Counted from the stretch's first letter, positions 42,754 to 55,343 are shown. The stretch is DNA of 64,000 bases from Geosiphon pyriformis uo1 (GCA_016748015.1 JAAOMT010000761.1:235331-299330); one strand, 5' to 3'. Numbers and translations are program-made. Notes: generated by a model from the sequence alone, not told the origin.

Positions 42754-42859
42754 GATAGAAATAAAGCATGTTAAAGGTTTAAAGTTGATGTCACTCTTTA
42801 TTAAGAGATAGAAATACAGCATGGTAAAAGTTTAAAGTTAATGTCACTCTTTATTAAGA
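42754..42859. repeat. Two-copy 53-bp tandem duplication
   Basis: GATAGAAATA(A/C)AGCATG...TGTCACTCTTTATTAAGA at 42754-42806 and 42807-42859, with a few mismatches. Confidence 0.85.
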
Positions 42860-43899
42860 TATGGGTAATTTCATATGTTAAAGTTCATCAACAAATTAGG
42901 ACATGCTTGAAATTTATCAAGTTCATTAAATGCGTTAATTTAAATATTTACATGACATGTGAAAACTTTTTACGGATTTAAGAAAATTTGAATAATTCAT
43001 TTGATAAACATAGTGTAAGAATTTCATTTTACAGATTTTTAGATTACTCATCAAGTATTATGTTTAAAAAAATAAAAAACCTATAGCCCCAAAAATAGAA
43101 TTTTATACGTTGAGGTTTATTTTGATTCTGAAACATATAGAAAATTTGGTGATAAAAATCCTAGTTGATCAGGAGAATTTGTGGCTCGAGAGCAATTCAA
43201 AATAGCATGAAAAGCGAAATTTTCTGCACCCCCTTTAGGTACTGCGCAAAATTTAAATATAAAGTGGCTAAACAAAAAGAATGGGCGTAAAATGCGTGAA
43301 ACAAAGTGGCGTCAGTCCGCCACACAATATTCTCATTGTTCTTTGGATATTGACAGAAAATTTGAATTAAAGAAGCGAGGCTTTCTGAAAAGAACCTCCT
43401 GTCCCCGTCCATACTAGAAAGAGACTCGGGTACCTATTCGATATTAGCTGTAAACATATATATAATTCAATAAAGATTTGAGAAGCCTTTTAAAAAATAT
43501 TAAATATTGTTTTATAAAAAGCTTAGCTATTCTGAAAAAATTTTTAACGTTTAAGAAAATAAGTTCTTGAAGATGATCTTTTAGCAAGATATACTTCATC
43601 ATCAACTTATCTCCATATTGATGAATGTCACTTCTTATGTCGAATTGTTCCCGGGGCCGTTAATCAATTACCAAACCAACTAATAATGCCTAATAACCAA
43701 CCACCAGCAGCCCCATCAGCCCCTATCAACTTTGGTCAAAACCCACCACCAGCCCACATCAACCCTGCTGAAAATATTCTCAATGTTCAGAATATTAATT
43801 TTACAGTAAGAGAAGAATTCACCGAACCAACCTTTGTCTGTTCCTACCGACTTACCACTCTGAATTAATATTTCACTTCCCTGACCTTTTTTAATTATA

Positions 43900-44238
43900 A
43901 TCGCCAACTTCTATTATCGCTAACTTTTGTTATCGCCAAATTTTATCACCAAATTTTATTATCGCTAAATTTTATTATCGCCAACTTCTATTATCGCCAA
44001 ATTTTATCACCAACTTTTACGCCAATTTTATTATCGCTAAATTTTATTATCGCCAACTTTTATTATCGCCAACTTTCATTATCGTCAACTTTTATTATCG
44101 CCAACTTTTATTATCGCCAACTTTTATGGTCGTCAAATTTTATTGTCAACTTTTATTATCGCCAATTTTTATTATCACCAATTTTTATTATAGCCAAATT
44201 TTATCGTCGCCAACTTTGATTATCTCCAACTTTTATCT
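43900..44238. repeat. Minisatellite, ~21 degenerate copies of 16-bp TCGCCAACTTTTATTA (some 13-bp variants)
   Basis: Directly visible tandem array with no spacers. Confidence 0.92.
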
Positions 44239-45065
44239 AATATAAAACTTAAGCTTTTTTTCATTCTTTCGCTAATTTAAATCCTTTTCACGACATAATT
44301 CCAGGGTTAACTACCTTTTTAAAAATTGGGTGTTTGTTTTTTCACCTGCCTATCATCGAACTATCACATTGTTTTTTTTTCATTTTTCAAACCTTCTGAT
44401 TTTTTTTATTTAATTTATTGTTTCTCAGATATTAGATGTATTTAGATACCTACTTTTCTTTTATATGAGGCACTTTGGGAGCTTGATCTTTAAATATCTC
44501 GTTCATTTTCAACTTTGCATCCTTTATTCCTTCACCTTACCCCTCTCTTTCTCCCCCTATTAAATGGTTCAAACTCTTTTAAACCGATAAATAGACCTCG
44601 TATTTTTCATGTACTTGAAAAGTTTTCTTTTAGGATTAGTAAACATTGATATAAATCTTACATCGCTACGCGTATGGATGAAGTTCATGTTCATTTGTAC
44701 CTGTTTTCTGAATTATGTATTGTATGCCAATATTAGTAATATTGGCTATTAAAAGTGTGTAATACCAATAGATATAATCAATTCACCATTTATCTTTTTA
44801 ATTAGATGACAAAGACGAAAATCACGATTTATTAAAATTATTTTTGGAAATTTATTTCTAGTGGAATACGTTGACCATCTCAACACAAATATCAATATTA
44901 CCCTTCAGCATCTGGATATTTTATTCAGAAAAAACATAGATAGATGGTGTATAATATAAAAATACAATTTGTCCACATTTTATGTTTTGAAACTTTCCAT
45001 ATATATTTTACTTTATTCTAATCTTTACATTTTCGGTGGAAAAATGTGACAAAATATTACCAAAA

Positions 45066-45767
45066 CTACCAGCCATTAAGATTACCGTTATTATTTCCAT
45101 TAAGATTACCAATATTTCCGTTTCCATTTGCATTACCGTTAAGACTTGAACCACCGGAATTAGCATTTCCATTGTTATTTCCGTTTCCACTTCCAATATT
45201 TCCATTGCCATTACCATTACCATTACCACCAACGAATGTGGGAACTGGTGCATATAGGGTAGTAGTGATGGTCTTTGTGGTACCAGGGAGCGTAGTAGTT
45301 ACGGTCTTTGTGGTACCTACTGAACCAACGGTCACGTAGCTAGTTACAGTTACCGTTCCGAGAGTAGTGGTGACAGTAGTGGTGATGACAGATGGAGTTG
45401 GAGTGATAGTGATAGTTTTGGTTGTGGTAGGTACTGGGGCTGTTGATGTGACTGTGCTTGTGGCTGCTGCTGGAGTAGAGGTAACAGTGACAGTTTTTAC
45501 TGCGCCTGGAATGACAGTAGTAGTGGTTGTGGTTGAAGTTGGTGGGACAGAAGTGACGGTTGATTTAACGGTCGAGGCGGGAGCGGTAGTAGTTGATATG
45601 ATTGGTACATAACCACCGTTAAAGTTTCCATTATTATTACCATTTCCGCTGCCGATATTTCCGTTACCATTACCATTGCCATTATTACTTGCACCACCAA
45701 ATATATCGACGGGGCTTGAAGAGACGAGAAGGATATTGAAAACAAGAGCAAGGATAGCTGAACGCAT
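45066..45767 (-). CDS. Secreted low-complexity protein: Gly/Asn repeats flanking a Thr/Val-rich core (233 aa, intronless)
   Basis: Signal peptide MRSAILALVFNILLVSS. NGNGNGNGNIGSGNGNNNGN-type unit three times. T/V/P-rich middle. GC content elevated over the flanks. Confidence 0.88.
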   Translation of the reverse strand: MRSAILALVFNILLVSSSPVDIFGGASNNGNGNGNGNIGSGNGNNNGNFNGGYVPIISTTTAPASTVKSTVTSVPPTSTTTTTTVIPGAVKTVTVTSTPAAATSTVTSTAPVPTTTKTITITPTPSVITTTVTTTLGTVTVTSYVTVGSVGTTKTVTTTLPGTTKTITTTLYAPVPTFVGGNGNGNGNGNIGSGNGNNNGNANSGGSSLNGNANGNGNIGNLNGNNNGNLNGW

Positions 45768-45771
45768 GTTG

Positions 45772-45807
<36 letters not shown>

Positions 45808-48800
45808 GATGTTGATGTTTTTTGTATGAAAATTCAAAAGAATTCGGATTCCAAGTTAAATTGTTTAGACGTGATTACAAGTTTTTAATCGTAAGAAGAT
45901 AGAAACAATTTGGAATGAAGAAAAGTTGGTTTAGTTTTTACTTGAAGGTATTTATGTATTTTTTTTCGTTGATCCAAATTTGAAAAAGAAAATTCCATAA
46001 TACGTACATTGTAACTAGGCGTATTTTGATTCACTCTAAAATTTTATTTTTAATTAGGGCTTAGTTGTCTCGACCCAATTTTAGAAATTGATAATTAAAA
46101 TTTAGGATTAGTGATTCACGGAAATTATGATCAAATCATCATTATTTTTAATTTTAGTTAGATTTTTCTTATTTTGATTGCCAGAGTTTCGGTTTCATAT
46201 AATTTTCAGGTGTTTTCCGGAATCAGAAATTCACAAAAAAAATATACTTTGTTCCACAAAAATTCCCCCAGTCATGAGCTAACCTTGGAAAGGGATCAAA
46301 ATCAAACAGAGCCTCAAAGTAAGTACGAATATGGGTAATTTCCAACGCTGATCATGCAATTGAATGATGTTTGCATGAATTGCCAAGATTGTTTGCATCA
46401 TTCAGGAGCCAAGTCTCTCAATCCACAACATTATCATAATGTGGCTTTGGATGAAAAGAGTCCTTTTTAGAAATGGCAGTGTTAAATCGGCGTAAGATTT
46501 AACTGGCAGTATCCTAAAAGAGCAAAAAACCTTAATGAGACGATTCCACAACAATTTGATAGCTTGCTGTTATTAGCAATATTAGTTATGCGTACAAATA
46601 TTTTTGGGGCAATCTTTTTTGACAATCACATTTGAAAGTATTCTTTGGAAAAGTATAGGTATTATACATGGGTGAAAATAATAAAAAATTATTTCCATTA
46701 CTGGGTATATTAATTGCCCGAACTTATGTGATCGATCCCCTATTGGGATTAACATAACGTGGAAAAAAGACTAAATAATTCAACCTAAATTTTTGTTTTT
46801 CTAGAAAATTCTGGTCGAGTAAGCTCATACGATCAGAAAAAAGAATTTTTTCTTGTGTCCTCAATTTAGGGCAAAGGTAAAAGTTTCAAATTCAGGAGCT
46901 TTTTGCAGGGTTTGTAGCTATGCGTTAATTATTTTCTAAACAAAGGTTATTTTATGCAGTGATGCAGGGTAGTTGGCTTTGATTAAGATTTCTCCCGTTT
47001 AAAGAAATTACAGTTACGCATTCTATTTTATGACTGAATACAAATTCTTGCCATTCCCGATCGATCAACAAATTTTAATCGGATTAATTAATTTTAGGAA
47101 ATTCCCAATCCAATTAGACCATCAAAAGCTGATGCAATTGTTCCAACAAATTGTTCAACTATTTATCTATTATGATCAATAAGTGGAAATATTTACCTTT
47201 GAGTAAGCATTTAAAAAAAAATTTACTTCTTTCAATTTTTCTAAAAACTCAACATTTTAATCTTAACCACCTTTCTTTGAACATTAATTAAAATATAATA
47301 GAAAATATTTATGCAACCTTATTTGTAGAGTTTAATGAAAATTTTACTATTTTCAATTATTTACTTACCATTCTATAATACAGATTACTCTGATATCCTT
47401 TGAAAAATTAAATATATATATATATTTCGTTATTTAAAAAAGTTGACTCAAAGAATTGATATTAAAAACTTTGAAGAATTATATATATATATATATTCAA
47501 ACTTTAACAATTTTTTTTTCTGTCAAATTGACATAACCACACGTGAAAATACTGGAAAATTAATTAAATAGTTGAAGTTGATAATTTCTAATAAAAAAGA
47601 TGTATGTGATCGATAAAAAAGTTTTCAACGCTCGCATAAATAAAAATAAACATGAAAAATAAAATAAAAAATTATGACTCGATTTGGTATTTTAATTTAA
47701 ATTACCTCAGCCTTTCAAACAATAATATGACGAGAAGACTATTATAGTAAAATTGCTTTAAAACAATAGAAGTTTGTTAATACATGCTTTTTGAGCAAAA
47801 ATGGTTTGCATAAAGTTTAATTAACTTGGAACAAATGATTTTCCTAAAATGTAAATTTATAAATCTTATAATTTTTGATCTATTATAACTCAGATCAAAG
47901 TTATATTTACATGATTGTATTTCAAAAATTTTTGATTTTACACATTTTGAAAAAATTTTATTAATAATTTTATAATTTTAAAATGTAAAAATTAAAAAAT
48001 AATATGATTACATTAAAATCTAAAATTTTTACAAAAAAAGAATTTATTAATGATTATATATAAATAATAATTTTTATTTTATTTTAATAAATATCAATTA
48101 TTATTTTTTATTTTTATATCTAAATTATTTTATTTACAAACAAAAAAAAAGTGGTAAAAATAATATCAAACATTACACATTATGTTATAAATAAAAACAT
48201 ATATAAATAATTATTAACTTAAAAAAAATTAATTAATTAAATTATTAATTTAGTTGAAAAAAAAATAGTTTTTGATAAAAGTTTTATTATATAAATATAT
48301 TGATTTAGAAATCTTAATAATATTTAATTAAATAATATTTTGCCAATTATAATATAAATAATTTTTTTTATGCATTTAACTTTTTTAATATGCTGTATTT
48401 GTTATTTGTTATTGTAATTTTTTTTTAAAAATAGAATTTTGTATTGAATAAAATTCAAAAAAATATTATTAATTCAACAGATTACAAATTCAAAAATAAA
48501 GAATTTTAGACATTTAATTAACAAAATCAAAATTTTGATGACAAACTAATTCAAAAAAAATTATAATTTTACATAAATAATATAAAAAACAAAAATTAAG
48601 AAATATAAGATTTTAAAAAAAAATTAATTTGAATAAATTTTTTTGCAGCTTATTAAAATAATATAATAGACTTTGAATTTTTTTAATCAATGGAAATAGA
48701 TAATATTTTACACATATTTCTCATTAATATAATATACGTTTTTTACCTCTTTTAAAACTTTTGAGATAGATAAAATTCTAAAGAACTTGAATAATAATTG

Positions 48801-51512
48801 TGATAAATCTGCTTTTAAATAGCTAACCGTGTGAAGGCTTCAAAAGACCTAATAAGTTCCTCAAATCTATCTTATTGGGTCGATGCATACATGAAAATTT
48901 TTTAAATGAGCGAAATTATAAAAAATTCAATCTACAAACCAGGTAATAATGAAAATAGGCTAAAGAGAGTAGAATATCATGAATGGGTTCCACGAGAGCA
49001 TTTCAAACAAGTTTAGTATAATACACTTTTAAAGGATGGACAAGAATTTGTAATTATCACATTCTCTTGTTGCACTGAGCTGAGTAGACACTAATCCATC
49101 GAATCGTCACATTTTAATAAGATAAGAAAACTAAGACTACAGTTGAGGAAGCAGAACAAATATTTATCCAAGCGCAAATGAATAAACTGGTCAAATAAGT
49201 TTTTTTTAATTTGAAATTAATTAAATATTTCACAATTAATATGTCAGCCTTTATTCAGCAGCCATTTAGAAAAAATCAAGTAAAGAAATTCTGAATTTTA
49301 AATAAAAACTAAATTAAGACATTAGTAATAACAGTTTAATATATAATTGGTTAACTTATAGTGTTTTTATGTATAATATAAATAACAAAAAACAAAAAAT
49401 ATTTTGGTTTAAAGTGAATATTTGTTATTGAAATTCATTAAATCAAATTTTATCATATCTTTAAATTTCGCATTTTTGAGTTCATTTCTTGAGTATTATT
49501 GAGTTTTCTTAATTATAGTATTGTTTTAGCAATAATATATATATCAGCTTATTTAATTATTTCAATAATATATAATAAAATAACTATATATTAATTTTAT
49601 CTTTTAAGAAATTTTCTCCTAATAAAGATAATTCAATTAAATTTGCCTTAATAATCATAAATCAAACATAATTTTTCAAATTTTCAAATTTTCTTTGATA
49701 TCAAAAGGGAAATTAACCTTTTTTTCGAAAGTATGTACAATAACCAACTAAGCTCTATCGGAAGAATTTTTAGCTTTTATTGTTTCTTTATTCCAAGTTT
49801 TAAATAACAATATTTCTGTTGTGGTAATATTTCAGCATTAGTAAATTGTTCTATTGGACAACTTTTATTGTTTTTGTAAATACTTTGATGGAATTTTAAA
49901 ATTTATCTTTTAAAAATTATTGATTTCAATTTAACTGTCTAGTGAATTTATATGAAATTTTTTTGAAAAAGATGATTTTAAAATTTCAAGTTTTTTTCTC
50001 TCTCTCAAAAATAACGCTCAATTTATACTATGTAAAAACCTTGCAGCTGTATTTTTTTAAATACACATATTATGGTTATAAATAAATTATTTGTTGTTTA
50101 TAGTAAAATAATTACCATTAGAGTTTAATAATGTCAAATTAATTAATTCTGGTTTAACCATGCTTATTGAGCTCAGCTTACTCGAAAAATTGATGAGAGG
50201 TCTAAGTTTTTTATGAAATAATGAGACACTTCTTCAGAACACACTGCACTAGCATTTTTTAAATAGGGTTTCGTTTTTCCCTTGTCTATATTGTGTCAGA
50301 GTGATATCTTTCCTTGATAAATTTTGCCAAAATTCTGAAAATTGCTTTTATTACTCTTATGTGGAATCACTTGTTCGTTTGTGTAACTAATGTTGATTCA
50401 GTTGTTACCACGTTTCATCTAAATCTTATCCCTTCTGCTTATTAGGAGGATTTGAATATTAACCAGGTAGTATTTTATATTTTTGTAAATTATTAGTTTA
50501 GTAAATAATCAAGAGATATAGCTTTATAATTTCGTATTAAAATAGGAATATCAAAATTGAGAGAAAAATAAAAATAAAAAGATTGGATAAATGCCCAAAA
50601 TGATTAAATTTTCTTAAAATGATTGCGATTTAACAATAAATGAGGTTAAGAAATCCCTGAAATCTATAATCAACCTGAAAACAGAAATATGATTTTGCAG
50701 TTTCCCACAATAGAAAGAAATCAAATATCCAAAATGTCTGAAGAAGTAGAATTTCTCATAAGAAATTTTTACTTTATTAAACTGAGTTTTTTTAAAAAAT
50801 ATTTATATAGCTTGATTGCTATTATAAAGAAATTTAAAATTCTTGCTACTATTTTACTGATAAAATCGTTAAATTAGAGGTAATGATTTAAGGTTTTAAT
50901 TCACTCCGAAAAAATTTTCTCGCATACCAAAAAATGACTCATGACATATTTAAAATAATCTAAATAAAGTATAAATCGTCATATTTCACAAACAAAGATT
51001 TTATTAGCAGTAAAAGCTTCAAGTCTTTTGATTTAAATTTATTTTTTTTAGAATTAAAAATATCTAAATACTCAATTTTTTTGATTTTCAAGTATATGAG
51101 TCAAAACTCAATTTGCTACAAAGTATATATTTTTTGAGAGCAACTTGGTAGCTTTACTTTATCAATGATAGAAACCCAATATATTTTTGGTTACTTAAAC
51201 ATTCCTTTATAAAATTTAAATGCTGGCAACATTTTATTGAACCTTGGTAAAACCAATGAAAATTATATTACTATAGTACTAATACATAATTAATATTAAA
51301 GAATAGTGAAAGAGAAATATGCAGTATCCTTTCGTTGTGAGTAGTTCTATTAATTTTTGCCTTTTATCAAGCGCTAGATAACTAAGTAAAAAGTCCAATT
51401 TGCATTATATTAACTTGAAGTATGTAAGCCACAAGTTCCGACGATAATTTTTCACACAATTTACTGGGATGGTCCGAAAAAGAGAACTTTCAATATGAAT
51501 ACTCTGCAATTT

Positions 51513-51644
51513 TTACATGATCGAGCATTGACCAGTGCCACTGCCATCGTCTGGGTCACCAGTTGGTCCTTTAATTGAGCCGTTTCCAGGGGCGATAATT
51601 GAGAGTGGATTGAATGAGGATTGATTGTTGGTTGTTGGTTGCAT
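51513..51644 (-). CDS. 43-aa CaaX (CSIM) peptide, candidate farnesylated pheromone precursor, copy 1
   Basis: Manual translation: MQPTTNNQSSFNPLSIIAPGNGSIKGPTGDPDDGSGTGQCSIM*. Start context AACAAAATG, upstream TATA box, and an identical protein in copy 2. Confidence 0.88.
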   Translation of the reverse strand: MQPTTNNQSSFNPLSIIAPGNGSIKGPTGDPDDGSGTGQCSIM

Positions 51645-51759
51645 TTTGTTTAAGTTATTTGATTTGATTTAATTTGATTTTGAGAATTCCGTATCTTTTT
51701 CTTTTCTTTAAGTTCTTTTGGTTGAATTGAATGAAAAGAAATTAGGAAGGCGCGATCAA

Positions 51760-51766
51760 TTTTATA
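51760..51766 (-). promoter_or_regulatory. TATA box of peptide gene copy 1
   Basis: TATAAAA on the minus strand ~120 bp upstream of the ATG; conserved in copy 2 at 55130-55136. Confidence 0.6.
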
Positions 51767-54619
51767 GAAAAATATATGATTAGAAACAATATTAACTGAA
51801 ACAGAATGTTAAAAAAGTCAAATTATTATTCCATTTAATCAGAAATCTGATAAACGCATTGTTAAGCTATACTAACAATATCCTAAAAACGGATCAGCTT
51901 TTAAAATTGATTATTTTAGTCGAAAAAGGCAAGATGTAGGTCATTGTTTTTTGCATTACAATATTATAGAACGAATGCATGAATTTACAATGCCTTAAAA
52001 AGCTTTTGAGTTATACTTGTACAAAAAATACTTGTTTATTAATGGACAATGCTAAAAACTCTAAATTTCGATTATTCCAGTTCCTAATTTTTAACTGTAT
52101 GTTAATGAGTATTACATGCGAGAAAATTTATGACCAGCATGCAAAATACTTTTGAATTCATAATTGTAAAAGGAACCTTTTTGGAATCTCTTCGGAAGTA
52201 AAATATGTTTAAAGATTTAGGTTTGCAATTCACTTAATGTGAAATAAAATAGTATTTTTGTTTCTTATTAAAAGTATCAATCTATAAACAAATGCTTTAA
52301 ATTCAAAATTGATTTGAATAGAAATGAAAATATTTTTTAAATTAAAATTAATTTATATTAGGTTCAGCTAAACGCCTGCTAATTTTATTCGTCTAATTTT
52401 AAAATAAATTATAAGAATGTTTACATTACATGACTCACTTTCTATTTCGTACTCTGAAAAATTTTTGAATGGGAAACTAACTATCAACTTTTACTATTGC
52501 AAATTGAAAGAGTTAATGTTCAACAATTATTCATCTCCATTCGAGCACCATCTCGTTTTCATTCTTCAATTCTTAAGTCAAAAATAGGAAGACGGGACAT
52601 TTTCAATTAGAACGAAAAATATTGATGTTTCCTGAGTTTCAAATTAGATATTGTTCTGCTAAAACTATAACTATTCTTTGAATTGTATAACCTGAAGCTT
52701 AGGTACTAATAAAAAATATCAAATTAAGATTTAGATAATTTATTCATTTTTAATATCAGTTTTATTATCTCATGAAGAGTTTTTCACTTTATCCATTTGT
52801 TTTCTTTAATATTTTTTGACAGTATTTTCTATATTCTGAAAATTTATTAATGATATTTTCTAATTAAATATTACTCTTTTCGTTAATAATCAAAGAATTC
52901 AGCATTCTTTATAAGTTTTTTTTTACCATTAATTAACATATTTTACTATTTAAACAATATTCTTATGATGAAAATATTGTTTATTTATGATTCAAATTTT
53001 ATTTAATATTTTTATGTGAAAATACTTTGGTTATTCCAAATTTTAATATTTATTATTATAAAGTCATCAATAAAATTTTAAACTTAGATTAAAATAAAAA
53101 TTTAAATTCTAAATTTTACATCAAAAGTTGATGCTTGATAGCTAAAAGCACAATAAAGAAAACATGAAAATACAAGTGCAATATAAATTTTTGCTCAGAG
53201 CAGTATTAAAAAGATAATCTTTGACAATAGCAATATTTCTTAGAAGTATTTTTTCAATTGTTAGTATAATAAACTTTAGTATTTTAACTTCTATTATTAA
53301 TTCATATTAAAAGTATAATTTAAAGGTGAAATTTATTTCAATTTTAAAAGAAATTTTTATAAAACTTATAACTTCAAATAGAGGATGGAATAAAATAATT
53401 TGAGTGTAGATAAACAGTTAATTTTAGTTTCAATGGATTTTGATCGGAGAAATATGGTTCAAGATTGGTTGATATATATTTATCGCAGGCTTTGGTTTCA
53501 GAATTTTCAAGGTACTTATCAGGTGAATAAATTAAATTTTTTTTATTGTAAATCGTTCAGCTTTTTATGCGAATTGTTTTCATTTCAAGATTTCTATGAT
53601 CAAATAATATCTGTTACTTTTTTCTCTTTGATAGTATTGTCAGCGTTATTTATTATTAAATTAAATTTCTTTGGAAACTATGAACCATAGAAACTATTGA
53701 GAATTAATTTAAACTATCTACCGATATTTCTAAATTTTCAAAAATGACTTTACATCTTGCAGTTGCAATGAAAAATAACCTGTTATTTTAAGATAACAAT
53801 TTAATAGAACTTTTTAATTTTCAATTGAGTCCAATATTCTTAATATCAAAGATTCTTCGTATCACAGCTATCATAATCAAAGACTATAAAATTCCATTAT
53901 CAGATGCACTAAAATAAAATTGCGAAAATTTGAAAGGTTATTACCTTCATAATCACTGCTAACAAAAGTATTTATAAACTTTTATTATATCTCTTCTTCT
54001 TATTAAAGTAGAATTTAACTAATAATAAAAGATATATTTTTTAATTTAATTTTGTCAGATTTTTAAGTCACTGAAATAATCAAGAATGAGAATTTTAATA
54101 GGAGTGACAATTCAATAGATCAACAGATTTAAGAAAAAACTTGATATTTTAATTTCTAATAATTGTTACAAACCCAAATTAATTTTGAATTTTCTTTTTT
54201 ATTATTAGCTCACATCAACTTAAATTTTCCAGCTTTAATACAAAAAGTAAAATATTAAACAATCAAGATAACCAAGATAATCAAACTATTTCTCATAACT
54301 AATTTCACTGATTTTTCACACAATTGAGTATTGAATTTTTACAGGGTTCTTATCAAAGGCTCTTGTATCAAACCTTTAAAAAGTTTAAAAACCGATCTGA
54401 ATTAGATTTAATAAATAACTTAATTCAGACGAAATGCTCGAATGTCTTGGGTTGTGTTAAGTAAGTAAAGATTGAACAGGTTCTTATTTGACTTTAAAGT
54501 ATCACTTTGCTATTAAGAGATATAGTTTTAAAGATCCAAATAGCTTTATTTTACTTGAGCAAAAAAACTTTTTATGATTCTTGATTTAAAGCCTATCATT
54601 ACCAAATTTACATATTAAG

Positions 54620-55211
54620 ATAAAACTAACAAATTATATTACTCTAATGCTAATAAACAATTAATATTAAATAATTGTGAAATAGAAATATGCCGTATCC
54701 TTTAGTTGCGAGTAAATTCTATCGACTTTTGCTTTATTGCTGATTAATAAGAGCTAGATATCTATGTAAAGAGTCCAAGTTTGCATTATATTAACTTGAA
54801 GTATGTAAGCCAGAAGTGCCGACGATAATTTTCACACAATTTACTGGGATGGTTCGAAAAAGAGAACTTGCAATATGAATACTCTGCAACTTTTACATGA
54901 TCGAGCATTGACCAGTGCCACTACCATCATCTGGGTCACCAGTTGGTCCTTTAATTGAGCCGTTGCCAGGAGCGATGATTGAGAGTGGATTGAAAGAGGA
55001 TTGATTGTTGGTTGTTGGTTGCATTTTGTTTAAGTTATTTGATTTGATTTAATTTGAATTTGAGAATTCAATTTCTTTTCCTTTTTTTTGGTTGGATTGA
55101 ATGAAAAAAAGTTGGGAAGGCACGATCTATTTTATAGAAAAAGATATGATTAGAAACAATATTAACTGAAGCAGAATGTTAAAAAAGTCAAATTATTATT
55201 CCATTTAATCA
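54620..55211. repeat. Direct duplication of ~51250-51841 (peptide gene with its UTRs and promoter)
   Basis: Near-identical blocks such as GCATTATATTAACTTGAAGTATGTAAGCC and AAAAAAGTCAAATTATTATTCCATTTAATCA. The similarity runs into the N-gap. Confidence 0.92.
54893..55024 (-). CDS. 43-aa CaaX (CSIM) peptide, candidate farnesylated pheromone precursor, copy 2
   Basis: Same peptide as copy 1, 3380 bp away, with six nucleotide differences that are all synonymous. Confidence 0.88.
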   Translation of the reverse strand: MQPTTNNQSSFNPLSIIAPGNGSIKGPTGDPDDGSGTGQCSIM

Positions 55212-55343
55212 NNNNNNNNNNNNNNNNNNNNNNNNNNNNNNNNNNNNNNNNNNNNNNNNNNNNNNNNNNNNNNNNNNNNNNNNNNNNNNNNNNNNNNNNN
55301 NNNNNNNNNNNNNNNNNNNNNNNNNNNNNNNNNNNNNNNNNNN
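55212..55343. other. Assembly gap (N run)
   Basis: 132 N bases. Confidence 1.

Noticed and set aside
43900-44238. CRISPR-like array
   Set aside because: Units are contiguous and degenerate with no unique spacers; eukaryotic context and no cas genes.
45008-45751. Overlapping alternative-frame and antisense ORFs
   Set aside because: Shadows of the low-complexity secreted gene at 45066-45767.
48960-49020. HEWVPREHFKQV* resembling the EWIPY motif that precedes Glomeromycota kinase domains
   Set aside because: Too short, followed by a stop, and no kinase motifs nearby.
51797-51803. Ste12-type pheromone response element TGAAACA in the copy 1 promoter
   Set aside because: Single site, changed to TGAAGCA in copy 2, and expected by chance in AT-rich DNA.
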